DNA of 51,054 nucleotides from Mesotaenium endlicherianum (taxonomy: Eukaryota): NCBI GenBank assembly GCA_009602735.1, contig WELA01003054.1, positions 650,058-701,111 of the forward strand, read 5' to 3'. Both the position numbers and the translations under genes were made by a program. How positions within the stretch are numbered: position 1 is the first letter of the stretch; every line of letters begins with the position of its first letter. Below are positions 1 to 13,038 of the stretch, in pieces. The notes beneath the pieces were generated by a model. The model was not told where the DNA came from, searched no databases, and worked only from the letters and a program-made list of their open reading frames with translations.

Positions 1-2339
1 CCCCCCCCCCCCCTCCTCCTACCCTACTTCTCCTCCTCTTGCCCCCCCCCCTCAGGGAGCTTGTATAGGGACTGGGGCTGCCCTCTCCAGAAGTTGGCTG
101 TGGTTCCCCGCTTGCGCTGGTACCCTCCCTGCTGGCTTGGGCTGGGGCTCCTGGGACACTTCAGTTCATACTAAACTGAAGCATTTTGATGCGCCACCAT
201 GCACGCAGGTGAAGGACGCTGGGTGCCTGTTCGACCGCTTCCTCAACACGTGCCCTTCCCAGGGCTCGCGCACCATCCGCACCGAGGTGAGGGAGTAACG
301 CGAGACAACTCCAGAGCTGGGCTCTAGACCAAGCTGCTGCTGTTCTCCTAGCGCAGGCAGCCGCAGGAAAGAGCCTCGTGTGGCAGGGGCCTGTGCTGCT
401 TCTGAGTTCTCCTTGTCGCAGTTGACGCCTCGCTGAGCACATGGGAATCGATCATCTCGCAATGCTTATGAACTTCTCAGAATTGTGCCTCTTGCCTGGG
501 CAAGGTTGTCAAGCCACGTCATTTGGACATGCCATGCCCCCGCTTAACAACCCTGTTTGTATCGTCTTTTGCAAGAAGCTACACTGATCCCCATGGCGTT
601 CCTTGAAGACGTCATCCGGCGATCGACTGGACAGATTGCTTTAAGAGTCTTGGGAACTTTCATGGAGACTCGGGCAGTATTCTCAGCGTACCCAGTATAT
701 GTAGCGTACAACCCAGTGCTGGTCAGAGTCAGGGTCGTTTTCCGACGACGCGCGTCTCCTGGTTCTTTTCAAGAAAAATGTTAATCCCAGTGGCAGGGCT
801 CAAGAGCATCTGGATCCAGGTCGCACTATGGGACCTGGGCTTTGAGGCGCGAGCTTCGCGCGTTTAGCTTAGGAAGTCGGTTTTTGTACCTCCAGCTGTT
901 GCGCCCTTACCGCTGTAACTTCCTGGCATGTTGCACGCAACTGCATGCATGACCTGAGCTCTGCAGGCTTGGAAGTGGAGGAACGGTGGTGCTGTAGAGC
1001 TCATCTGGCACTTATCTGGCACTGTAGCGCGAATTGCCTGACGTAAAACTGATACGCTTTTCATGCCTTGCACTTCCGACACGGGATGATTAGCTTTATG
1101 TCATATGATTCAGTAGCTCGCACTCAAAGACACTCGCTCTGAAGTATGTTGACTATGATTTGAAGGTTTGCGACATGAAAGAAAATGTCGCAAACCAAAA
1201 TGTTTAACTATGTATGAAATTTGTCAAATCTCACATGCTTCCAAGTTTCGCTCGAAACACCAAAACTTGAATGCTCGTGCACTCCTGCAGCCATTGCAGC
1301 AGGAGTGACATGCCAGAAAAGCTTCACAACGAAGTTCGTTGGGCACATTCCAATGCGACGATCATGCTCTGATTTCTGGCCAGCAGGGAGCACCCCCTTT
1401 GGCATGCCCGAGTTTCAGGGCGTAATATCAAATTGGAGAAAGCAATGAGAGAGAAAAAAAGACCAATGTTGTAGGCCACCACTTTGCTATACACAGTATA
1501 GCATCTCTAGTAGGTGTATGCCGACAATTTATGTCTTTATCTTCAACTTGGGGCAGAGTGGACTGCTGCACTATACAGTGTAAAGCGTGGTTATGCATGA
1601 GTCTTACACTAAAGAGTCAACATAGCATTTGAGTGTCTAGCTGCATCTAGCTTGCTTCAGTCTACTTGCTCCAGAGTCCATCTGTCACCCGAGCTCATGA
1701 CTTCAATTTAAAAATCCATTACAAGAAATTCCTCAAAGCGTGCTGCACAAAAGGATGCGCTCGAGTAGCCAAGGGAAATCGAAGCGTAATCGTGCCTATA
1801 TGGGGTTCATAATTGAGTTGCTCATCTTCAAGCAACATTACTATGAAGCAATATGGGCAATACGCCAAGCAAAGGAGGTGCAGGAATTAAAAATCTTGAT
1901 CGCCCCCCCCCCCCCCCCCCCCCCNCCCCCCAAAAAGAATGTGACGGGTTGCCTTCCACAACCCTAGCTAGGCTTGAGTTCTCGCTTCTCTCTAGAGAAG
2001 GATAAAGACATCGAGCATGTGTCAATGTTTTGCAGCTAGGAAGAAGGAGCGCCTCTGCAAAGCTGCTAGCTCTGGCTGTTGCCTTCGTGGACCTGGCGTG
2101 ATACATCCACGTGGCAGAGAGAAGCGGTCTCCAGCTCAGCCACCAACAGCGGTCTGCAGGCATCTGACGATGTTACAGTGTAAAACGCGCACATAAGTCA
2201 CTGGTTTCCACCTGGCAGCGACTGCCACCTGGAGGCCAACTGCCACCATCTGGCGGGAGGGCAGATGGACATGCCAGCAGAGGGAGGGAGGGATGGTGGG
2301 GGGGTGAAAGGAGTTGGCAGCGCACACGGCTGCGCACTC

Positions 2340-4100
2340 ACACGAGCACAAGAGCCCCAGCACCTCACGCATGTGCTCCACAAACTGAGTGCGTCTGCCG
2401 TCCACAGGGCGCTGGGAGATGCAGGAGGAGAAGCACAGACTCAGCAGAGCGAGAGGGAGAGCAGAGGAAGAGCCCAGCAGCGCAGAGCAGAGCAGGGAGG
2501 GGAGGAGGGGAGGAGGGGAGGGGGGGAGAAAGCGCATGCCTACATGGTGAACACGCTGCACGTGGTGACATGTGGCCCAGTAGATGCGCGGCACCTTCAA
2601 GCCGCCCTCGCGCGCCACCTGGCGGCTGATGGTCCCCTGCCTGCCCGCCAGCAGCCCCCAAGCGCACCTAGACCCAGCCATCGTGTAGTTGGCTGGCGCC
2701 TGAGCCTCCCCCTTTTTCTCTCTTGAGGGTTCCCGAAATGTGTGATGCGAATGCGACAAGCTCGTCGCTACCACAGAAGCTTGCAAGTTGCGTTTGGGGA
2801 ACAAGAAGCTCAATCTCGAGAATTATATGACTCCCTGAACTGGTTCGGGATTGTTCTTTTTAAAAGCCAAGATTCAGGCTGTTTCAAAAGAGCTCAGATC
2901 AAGAGTGCGACAGGGAGCAGAGTTCCACTCCCTTGCCCGTTGCATGAGTCCCCGTCCCACGCATCCAGAGACCTCTCTGTCCCTCCCCCACTTTACACCC
3001 CCTCCCCCTTGCTTGCGTCCCTCAAGACACCCGCAGCAAGCGTCAGTTTGCCCTCTTTGCCCTGCTGAGCTGAGAGTTGTGCTTGAGCGAGCAAGCAAAA
3101 GCAGGTAGCAAGAGTGCACCTCTTGCTTCTGGGAACATGCTAACAAGACGTGAAGCATAAGGTTTCCAGGAGGAGAAGCAATTTAAAGCACAGAACAGCA
3201 AACATTTCGCATGCGTGCATCCACACATGCGTGCGTGCATTTGAACGTGCGTGCTTCGCGGGGCTTTTGCAAGCAAGCGGCCACAACAAACAAGAGCTGC
3301 TGCTTGCACATTGCAAATTCACTGCAATGTTACTTGGCACGAGGCCTTTGCAGATGGACGTGGGTGGCAAGGAAGAGCTGCGATGGGAGTGGGCCCCACG
3401 CAAACAGCTTCAGCCTACTCTTATCAACTGCTCCCAAAAGGGCGCGGAGAAGGAGGGCGCAGAGCTCACAGGCTAGAAACTAGAAGCACGGTGGCTTGCA
3501 TGTAAGAAAACAGGCAAGTGAGAGGCAACAGCCACGCCTGGGTCCACCTCAGCACAGGCAGGCAGGCCCTCGCTTCGAGACAGCTGGCCCTCGTTTCCTC
3601 GCGCACATATCACCAGGACAGCAATGTCCCTTTCTTATTCATTTAAATATCGAGGTTGCAGGCGTGCACGCACGCGTCCTTGCAGACACAGACCTGCGCG
3701 GGCGTTGTACCTGGGACAGGTGGCAGAGCGTCGTCGTGCCCGTAGAGCTGCGCAAAGCGCTCCCCATTGCGGCCCTCCCTCACACAGTCCAAACTCCTCA
3801 AACATGCGCCCCAGCTGCATTTTCCACCCCCATCCCCCCCCCCCGCAAGAGAGGACGAGTCAGCTGCCGCCAGGTGGCGCGCCCAAGCCCAGCAGGCCCT
3901 TCCCACTCCAGCTTGCACTGGCTCGGGCGCACTTGGGCAGCTAAAAAGAGTGCCCGTCTCTGAGCCTGTGCGGTTATGCATGACACAAGCACTGCCTGCC
4001 TGGGCCCCGAGCATGGCCCTCCAACGCCCCTCCTTCTCCTCCTCAAGACTCCCCAGATGCCAGAGATCCTCCGGTAATGACGACCATATGTGTGCACAAC
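2340..4100 (-). pseudogene. Scattered exon-like fragments of an unidentified gene, probably decayed
   Basis: Short segments with strong GC3 bias and splice-like ends: GRNGERFAQLYGHDDALPPVPGTTPAQ|GT (~3695-3790), LLAGRQGTISRQVAREGGLKVPRIYWA (~2545-2667, apparent frameshift at start) and RPVDGRRTQFVEHMREVLG (~2345-2411). There is also an F-box-like IWSSLPEDLW (~4060-4090). No full frame could be built. Confidence 0.25.
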
Positions 4101-5944
4101 AGGCAGAAAGACTGAGGCACACGGGCCCAGAGCCTCTCTCCACCCTTCTGTCCCTCCCGTCCTCCCTCGCCTCCCCCCGCCCTCTCCCTGCCCTCCTCCC
4201 CAAAGGAAGACACCCCTGAGAGGATTCGCTTAGAAAGACTATGGGGTGGCCTGAGATGAGTTTGAAGATACATGCGCAGTGGGAAAGCCGTCAGGACGGA
4301 TGCAACACCACCCTTGTTTGGATTCGACACTGACAACCACACAGGTCAGCCAAGATTTCCTTTTGGACACAACTAATTGGCCGCATTCGTCAGCATCTGC
4401 CAGGGCATCCAGCTGGCAACGCTCCAACCTATGGAGGGAGGGGAAACTCGGCTGGAGCTTCGACACACGCTGTGGCACAATGCGGTGTCGCCTGTTGACC
4501 ATAAGACGGGAATTTTTAGGGTATACGGCTAGGGGCTCTTGTTAGGCTTCCTGATTAGGGTTGAAGGTTAGGGCTACGGTGTAGCATTCGCCTTGACTTC
4601 TAGCAGGTAGATCGCTAGGTGGCAAATTGTGGAATGGCGTACCAGATGGCTGATGACGTGTGCCAGCTGGTGCCTTGCTGACTTGTTTATAAGCCTGCAA
4701 CGGTAACACATCGACCCCTGCGGAAGGATACACGCGTTGGTGGTGGTAAGGTGCCAGCTGGGCTTGACAGCTGGACCTCGCATGCTGGGAAAGAACTCGC
4801 ATTGGCGCACACAAGGGGCAGGTTTTTGTTTTTTCACGCGGGAGCGCGCAGAGGCAGAGCTCTTGCTCCGCGTCGGGCCCCGGGGCTGGAGCACTGACGG
4901 GGTGCGCGGAGGCAGGAATTTTTGACGGGGCGTGAAAGGCAGGGTTTTAAGCTGCGCTTTGGGGTTAAGGTCTGGGTGGGGGGCGCTGTCAAAGAGATGT
5001 GTTTTTGACAAGGTGTGGCGAGGCAAAATTGTTCGGCAGTCTGTGGCTGGACCCTCCAAGGGGTGCGCCAGCTGGCATCACACGGGCCAGGTACACTCAC
5101 TGGTGGGTGTGGACGTGGGCGTGGGCGGGGCGCCAGGTGTCAGCTCGCCATCTTTCTTAGATGCTTGTACGGCCAACTGACGAGGGAACTGGGCAGACCT
5201 GCACGTAAGCGTGTGTGCTGGTGGACAGGTGGAGCAAGCAGGCGCCAGCTGGCGGGTCTTCCAGCTTGCAAATTGTCCTGCTGGCACCTTGTCCGCTGCA
5301 TGGCAGCTTGCCAGGTGGTGGCAGGCTCAAAGTCGGAGGTTGCAACTTGCAACAAGGGTGCACCAGCTCATTCAATACAGGAGAACGGGACTGGTAGGGT
5401 GAGACCCTTCAGGTTTAAAAATTGATTCTTCTTTAAATAAAGAGGAAGTCTTCCAAAAAAAATTCTGTACTAGAAAGAAAGACTATATCCTACTTCTACT
5501 CAAAAACTCATTATCCTGTTTTGAACTAACACCCCTACACCTCCTTAACCTTCTTGAAAACCTCAAAACACCTTCACTATATTCATCTCTTCACTAAAAA
5601 GGACGGCACCAGTCCTACACCTCCTATCCTTTGGAAGCTTCTAGACCTTTTGACTGAACGTACTGTCAGAGACAGACTACCTACCTGGCACCAGCGTGAC
5701 CACGACAACAAAACTTAAGAGGACATGTTGACAACCAAAGAGAAGAGGCACCTTCCAGCGACAGGGGGCACTTGCGCCGTCCAAGCGCCTGGCACTCCAG
5801 CCTCTCTCCACCTCTCACTGAGAGTACCAAAGTCAGAGATCATTCACAAACACGAACACCATCCTAGCCTAGCCTCCTAGCCTAGCCTCTGATGTTATCG
5901 TCACCACATCATTACAGCCTTCACAGCTAGCTCCAAACAGTCTC

Positions 5945-8900
5945 CTACTGGGCAGAGATTTCGCGCGTGGGAGCAGCAGGTGCTGCTGATGCTGCGGCTG
6001 TGCGGCGCATCTCAACATCGGTGTCGGCCGCGGCGCTCTTTGTGTCCGCCGTGTACCTCTTCCAATACCAGTGCGCGCGCCAGATGCCCGCCATTTCCTC
6101 CAGGGGCACGCCGCTCGTCTCAGGCAGAAAGAAGTAAACGACAACTGTCATGACCACCACGCAGGCGCCGAAGAAGAGGAATATCCCATACCTGTAGTCG
6201 TCACACATCAACCCCCACAATTTGAGCACTGGCCTTTGAGAGAGCAACAGGGACTTGTTGCAAGGTGGGCACAAAAAGAAACGAGACAAAAGAGCACACA
6301 ACACGTCCATGAGCTGCTTTGCGCACAAGCACTGAGCAAGGGAGAGGGAGATAGAGAGGCAAGAGGAGCAGAATGGAGAGAGGGGCAGAATGGACTAACT
6401 GCATCTTGCAGAGCATGGTCAGGAAGGCCTGGCCTATCACAAAGGTGAAGAGGAAGTTGGTCGCCACTGTGAGGGACTGGCCGGCCGAGCGGGTCTCGAG
6501 GGGCTGGATCTCCGAGGGCACGAGCCACCCCAGAGGGCCCCAGGACCACGCGAATCCGGCCACGTAGATGCAGATGCACACAACCACCAGGGCCGAGATG
6601 CCGCTGCTGAGCTGCTTGTCTCCATTGCCAAACGCCTGCTTGAGAACAACACCAATGGTAACCTGCACAGCGCACAAGTCCACAACATTTCAATGCAAGC
6701 AGTGCAAAACTCATGCAAAACTTGGCAAGGCTGCAGGCGCTGCAAAGCATAAAGGGTGAATGAGCATCATCAGCAAGCCAAGCACTTGTTCCAGATTATG
6801 ATTGCACGAGTCTCACCTGCATGATGATCATCTGCACGCCGCCCACCATGAACAGCCACCTCCGCCCGAACTTGTCCACGCTGAAGATGGAGACAAGTGT
6901 CGCCGCCACGTTCACGCCGCCCGTGATCACGGCAGAGTAGAGCGAGGCGCTCTCCCCAAAGCCGAGCGTGTTGAATAACGGGGCGACGTAAAACATTATG
7001 GCATTTATGCCAGTCAGCTGCTGGAAGAGGGGGATCGCAACCGCAAAGAAGAGCTCGGGGCGGTTCTCGCGCTTGAGGATGTTGGCAAAGGGGTTGCGCA
7101 CCTCGGCGGCCCTCTGGCTGGCCGACAGCATGTCCTTGTACTCTGCCTCCACCTGCACGCATCGTGAACTCGAGTCAAAGTTATTGCGCTTTACCACGAG
7201 GTGACAAAAACTGGGTATAGCATCAAACGGTGACATTACACTTGGGTGTAGCATCAAACAGTGGCATTACACCTGGGCATATCATCAAAGAGCAACATTG
7301 CACACTGAGGCTTAAGGCTGCCATGCCTTGACTACAAGTAAGATCTGCAGCTGTAGTTATGGTCCATACAATGTAGCAGGTCAGGCTTAATAAGGCACAG
7401 CAAGTTGCAGCCACAAGAACCACAAGAAGGTCAAGGCCACGCGGATGCAATCAATCACGCACATTGCCCACATGCCATGCACAGACAGCCAAACACGCAC
7501 TCCCAGAGGCCACATTGAACATTCATGTGCTTCCTTTGCCCTCCTACACATGACACTCGCAAGGGATTGGAGATAAGAAAACACACGTCAACTTCAGCGA
7601 CGCCTCTAATGTTGACAAGTGTCGCCTTGCCCTTCTCTAGGAGGCCGCGCTCGATCAAGCTGTTTGGTGTCTCGGGGAGGAAGATGCCGCCAATGAAGAG
7701 GATGGCAGCGGGCACGCCGGCGCCGGCCAGCGACAGTCTCCAGCCCCAGGGGTGGAGGTGCTGGGTGCCGTAATTAATCAACTGGGCCCCCAGGATGCCA
7801 ATCGTGGTGGCCATCTGGAAGGCCTGGTTCAGGGCACCGCGGTAGGAGGCCGGTGCCATCTCAGACAGGTACAGGGGGACCGCCTGCAGGGGAGCGCCAT
7901 TTCATACATCGCCCATGATCAATCCAGCCCCCCACAAGACACACATTGGGAGAAAATATGAGATGTAGTTTCACAGGCTCAAAAATATATCACTCTACTG
8001 TGAATTGGTTGCTCTATATTATAAATGTATACACTCTACTACATACATCGCAGGCATGGTGCCTGCATGGGGAAATACAAGAACCTGAAAGTGGACAAGG
8101 GGCGGCCATCAACAATTGTTTGCTTTAAAGAGCTGGATACACTATTTAACAATGCGTGGAGCATATCCTTATAGATGTTAACCTTTAAGCCGCATGCACA
8201 AATCAGTACATCGCATTTCATCCAGAAAGAGTGGGTCTACAGCTACTAGCAACTGCACATGCATGAGGACTTTAAATATTGATCACGCACCTGATTGGCA
8301 AAGCCAACTCCCAATCCAAGGAAGATTCTTCCCAAGACAAGCAATGCTAGCACGGGCGCTGTGGCAGTCAGTATGGCGCCAGCAAGGAAGAAGCACCCGG
8401 ACATGAGCATTGTCCGGACTCGGCCCCAGCGAGATGTCGTGTAAGATGCTAGAAGGCCTCCAAAAAGGCCAGCAATAAATAAACTTGACGTGAACAGTTG
8501 GAGCAGCTGGTCGTCGAACGCGCACCAAGCGTTCTTGGCCGCGTGTGCTTCATGTTCGTGAAGCAAGTGCGGAAACATTTTTTTCATGAAGTTGGGCATA
8601 GAGGTAACCCCTCCTGAGCACAATAAGCCACATAAGAACGCATAAGAGTTCCCTAAAATGATTAACAAGAAACATTACCCCTGATCAATGCACTTCTTGA
8701 TTAGACCTGAATCTAAAATAAAGCTCAAATATATGCTTCTGCAGTAAACTATTTAATCAGGTCATACATGGTTAAAACAGCCACAACAGATATCATCCTT
8801 ACGTCTCCAAATGTGCAATATAGTACAGGGAAGCACCACATACCGGTAACCCCTATATCATAACCAAAAAGCAGCCCACCGCTTGCCGCCACGAAACATG

Positions 8901-8982
8901 CCCACATGACATTGATGGTTAGCCTTCCCTTGTACTGTGTTGCATGGGTAGCTCCAGAAGCAATGGCGATTCCACCAGCCAT
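5945..8982 (-). CDS. STP: Sugar transport protein (STP/HUP-type hexose:H+ symporter, MFS sugar porter), 6 exons, ~534 aa
   Basis: Exons 8844-8982, 8291-8613, ~7587-7883, 6817-7152, 6400-6662 and 5945-6191 are all GT-AG and phase-compatible, summing to 1605 nt. Family motifs: [113 protein letters not shown]. The exon-3 donor could be 6 nt earlier. Confidence 0.95.
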
Positions 8983-9137
8983 TTTTTTGTAATAACACAA
9001 GCTCTTGTTTTTCAGGCTAAACAATTATAAGGAAGGGAGAAAACTTTGCTTCTTTGAATGAAGCTTGTCCTGATGAAGAATATGAACAAGAGCACTTGAA
9101 CCGTTTGAAAAAATATTCTCACAGACTTAAGGAGCCC

Positions 9138-9147
9138 TCTATATAGG
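9138..9147 (-). promoter_or_regulatory. Putative TATA box of the STP gene
   Basis: CCTATATAGA on the minus strand, ~160 nt upstream of the STP ATG. Position and sequence are the only support. Confidence 0.35.
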
Positions 9148-9483
9148 ACAATGGCAGAGTATGCAGTTTGCTCAAAAAATCTTCCTCTTGATGAGTGACT
9201 CGTGAGCACACTCAGAGAGGTTTAAGGAGACTGTAATGTTGTAAGGTCTGTCGGATTTCCACTGTTAGGGAAGCGGAAGGTGTGCGCGAAACTTATACCC
9301 GAAGAGCGTAGGAGAGTACTTAAGAAAAGCGGCTCTATAAGCTAGGTCGAGGTGTACGAGACCGAGACAAACTGCTGTGCTCTCGAGCAAATCGACTTCA
9401 TTATTTAGTGCTCGAATGTGGTTCGGTCTGGTCCCGTTTGCCTGCTGGACTGCAAGTTCCAACATCTTTGGAGACTCAGACAG

Positions 9484-10164
9484 AGGCTCTGCCTGTCGGT
9501 GCCTGTCTGCACGAAGGACCCCCAGCCTCGAACGAAACTTTTTCTCGACCCTTATGCACCTCTAAAATATATATAAATGCACCTACCTGTTTGGGTTTAT
9601 TCATGGCACGCTCCTGAGCCGAAGGCTCTGCCTGTCGGTGCCTGTCTGCACAAAAGAAACCCCAGCCTCGAACGAAACTTTTTCTCGATTCTTATGCAGC
9701 TCAAAAACATATAAATGCACCTACCTGTTTGGGTTTATTCATGGCACGCTCCTGAGCCGAAGGCTCTGCCTGTCGGTGCCTGTCTGCACAAAAGAAACCC
9801 CAGCCTCGAACGAAACTTTTTCTCGATTCTTATGCAGCTCAAAAACATATAAATGCACCTACCTGTTTGGGTTTATTCATGGCACGCTCCTGAGCCGAAG
9901 GCTCTGCCTGTCGGTGCCTGTCTGCACAAAAGAAACCCCAGCCTCGAACGAAACTTTTTCTCGATTCTTATGCAGCTCAAAAACATATAAATGCACCTAC
10001 CTGTTTGGGTTTATTCATGGCACGCTCCTGAGCCGAAGGCTCTGCCTGTCGGTGCCTGTCTGCACAAAAGAAACCCCAGCCTCGAACGAAACTTTTTCTC
10101 GATTCTTATGCAGCTCAAAAACATATAAATGCACCTACCTGTTTGGATTTATTCATGGCACGCT
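9484..10164. repeat. 138-bp tandem repeat (minisatellite), ~4.9 copies
   Basis: Units start at 9484, 9623, 9761, 9899 and 10037 (AGGCTCTGCCTGTCGGTGCC...). Copies 2-4 appear identical, copy 1 is diverged, and copy 5 is truncated with one substitution. Confidence 0.97.
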
Positions 10165-12312
10165 GTGGCGCGCAGCCCATTACTATTAGCATATGCAATC
10201 GACAATGGATATCGATCAGTATGTCCTCTTTTGTTGACATGCATATGGACTGCCATGGAACAAGTGTACTGGATTGTAGTGGACGCTGTTTGATTTTCTA
10301 TGACGTGTCAAATGACTCCAATTTTCCCTTGCCGACGCCTTAGCAGTTCTCGGTCCCCGCGGTTTTCAGTAGCTCGCTCCAATTTTGTTAATACATACTG
10401 AATGCATACCCCTTCTTTAATTTTGCGCGGTGAACCACGGTGAGCACTCCCGAATCTCGAGTCCCGAGCGCGTGATATTGCCCGGATGTTTGACCTCCCA
10501 AACCAGCCCCGAACCAGTGCTTTGGGTAACGCTTTTAAGTACCAGTTGCTCGGCGCGGCGAGGTCGAAATCTCGACACTATAGATACCACGTTGGCCGGC
10601 GCACCGTCGACCATGTGGAATTGTCCATGTGGTTAACACGTGAAAATCCAGTTACCGGCAGTTACGTCTTTGTGCCGTCTTCGATTGTACTGTCGCAAAA
10701 ATATTGTTGAACTCCATCGGAATCACCCGACATTCCGGGGGACAGATTGCGGATATTGTTTATAATTAGATCAGAAAGTAACCTTCATTTCAACGGCAGG
10801 GGTGGGGGCCGGGCGAAGGGATGGCCTGTGGGGTGATGGCAGGGGACTAGGCAGGGGACTGAAGAGCAGGAGAGTTGGCGTGGTAGCCGGTTGGGGGGGG
10901 CGGTACATGCCCTTTGCAAGAGACCAGCCCCGAGCTAGTAGATTTTTTACGTACGTCCTATATCTAGGAATTACGCTCGCTGTAACTAGTCTCAGATTAT
11001 TACCTACAGTAATTAGTTTTATATTATTTTATTAAATGTAATATCGTAATGTAAATGCAATGTACAGCGGTTTTGTAGACTTCAAAGTGCAACGGTTTCT
11101 TTGAAGTGTCATTCCCTTCTTTCAAGACTTAGCTGTACTGCTTATTCACGAAATGTTGAATGATGGTATAGACTCATGGCACTCCGAGTCTAATTCCTCA
11201 CTAAGCAAGGAAAGTACACGTCTTGTGCTTTGAGGGTCCTCTCTTCTGTGGATACTCCCGCTTGCACCTCTTCACCTTCAGCCTTCTCCTCGCATCTTCA
11301 AAAAGCTCACCTAACCCCCCCCCCCCCCCCCCCNNNNNNNNNNNNNCCCCCCCCCCCCCCCCCCCTCCTGCTGGACTCGCCTCTGCTGGAGTCAGTCAGG
11401 CCTAGGCACACGCTGCAGGGCTGGTGGGGCTGATGCCCCACGCACGTCGGTTGGGAGGGGCGGGGTGGAAGAGCCTCTAGTGCAGGGTTTTGGCCCTCAG
11501 TCAACCAGCATTCGGGGCAGTGACCAAAGGATCACACGCAGAGAGGGAGGGGGAGGCGGAGGGGGAGAGGGGAGTGGGAGGGCTTCCTGCGCTCCACGCA
11601 CCAGTCAGCACTCACCAGGCGCGCGTGTCTCTCTGCTCTCTGAGCGTCTGGAAGGGTTTACGCCGGCTGGCATTCTCCCCCTGGGGAAATTCCAGAGTCT
11701 GCTGCCGCTGCTGTTCTGCCGCACTCCCGACACTTGCCTCCCTCTGGCGCACTCTTGCAGCCGCAATGGGACCCGCCCATGCCTTGCATGGTGGGCGGGA
11801 AGGTCTGGGGCATGGGCTTTGAGGTCTTTGGTTGGGACTGCTTTGTAAACCAGGTCTCACAGCCCGGCCCTCGGGCAAATGAAAAGTTGGAATTAATGCA
11901 ATGAACCCCTCATGCATCCCCCAAATCTACCTCGTGGACTTGCACTTGAGGCTCGCGTCTCCAGTGGGTTCGGCACGCGAAACAGAGCGGGAAACTGAAG
12001 TCGGCAGAAGGGCCAACGCATGCAGAGGTAGGCTCTTAAGGCCTTGAGCATCCCGTGCGCGCTCACTTCTATAAGTGAAGCCCTAGTCCTGCCGCACCAC
12101 TCTCGGAAAAGAGAGTCTGGAGACTGCGCGAGAGGAGCAACTGGGGCGCTTGCAGGGGAGTATCGCGTGCCTGACAGGCACTCGTGATGGTGTGGTGCTG
12201 TGGTGCTCGCGTGGGACTGAGCGACGAGGTGTTGGATGATCTGTAACCACCCATGGAGCACGTGCGCGCACCCACCCACACCCTCCCCCCCNGCCCTCTC
12301 TCGTACATGCAG

Positions 12313-13038
12313 GCGATGGTACCACGTGCGGCCTCTGCTCCCCGAAGGTGTTCGACTCTTTGAGGGCACGCGGCAGGTCTGCAAGAACTGCGCCTCGCTG
12401 GCGTCTCAGCGCATGAGCTGCCCGACGGCGAGCTCTGGCGTGTGCTGCAGCAACGACAGTTGCCAGAAGTCCGTGGCGGGGCTCGCCTGCTCCAGCCACA
12501 ACGAGTGCCCCACACGCAGCTGCTGCCAAGGTGGGCGGGCGGGCGGGCGGGCGCGCGCGCCGGCCCGATCATCACTTGGAATCCCACACTATTCTTCACG
12601 TTAATACCAGATATATCAGACATCTTATACTTTGTTAAATAACTGTCGTCTTCATATGAATGCATTTGTACCATGTGTATATTTATGGTATATATTGCGT
12701 ATATAATCTGACTTCTATTGGACCACAGCACGTATATACATACATTTTTTACGACATCTGGTTTCTTTCAAGTCTGTTCAGTCACTCATGCAGCCCTTCA
12801 GTTCCAGTCACTCTCACAATCGTGTTTCGATCCCGCTGAGCTGGCGCAGGCGACGCCTACAAGCGCGGGTACTGCGCCCCTGTGCCTGTTGCGGGCGGCA
12901 AGCAGGTGTGCAAGGACTGCACGGGCTTCCCCACGCAATAGCTGGCGTTCGCCACGCGCCTCTAGTGAGACCTCGTGGCCAGCATGGACTGGCGGGTCCC
13001 CAACAAGGTGACAGGTGTCAAGAACCAGGGCATTTGCG
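12313..13038 (+). pseudogene. Chimeric pseudogene: two related Cys-rich exons, the second fused to the N-terminus of a papain (C1A) mature domain
   Basis: Exon 12313-12530 reads GDGTTCGLCSP..(frameshift)GTRQVCKNC..CCSNDSC..CPTRSCCQ. Exon 12850-13038 reads GDAYKRGYCAPVPVAGGKQVCKDC..ASMDWRVPNKVTGVKNQGICG|GT. Both have phase-1 ends. In-frame stops lie at 12939, 12963 and 12966. DWR..VT.VKNQG.CG is the papain signature; no downstream SCWAF exon was found. Confidence 0.65.

Noticed and set aside
160..1970. Short ORFs and a 9-bp inverted repeat (CACTCCTGC/GCAGGAGTG, ~1280-1307)
   Set aside because: There are no recognisable motifs or consistent splice chain, and a hairpin of this size is expected by chance.
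9638..10189. 183-aa repetitive ORF, or a CRISPR-like array
   Set aside because: It is a by-product of a 138-bp (46-codon) tandem repeat. There are no unique spacers or cas genes, and the context is eukaryotic.
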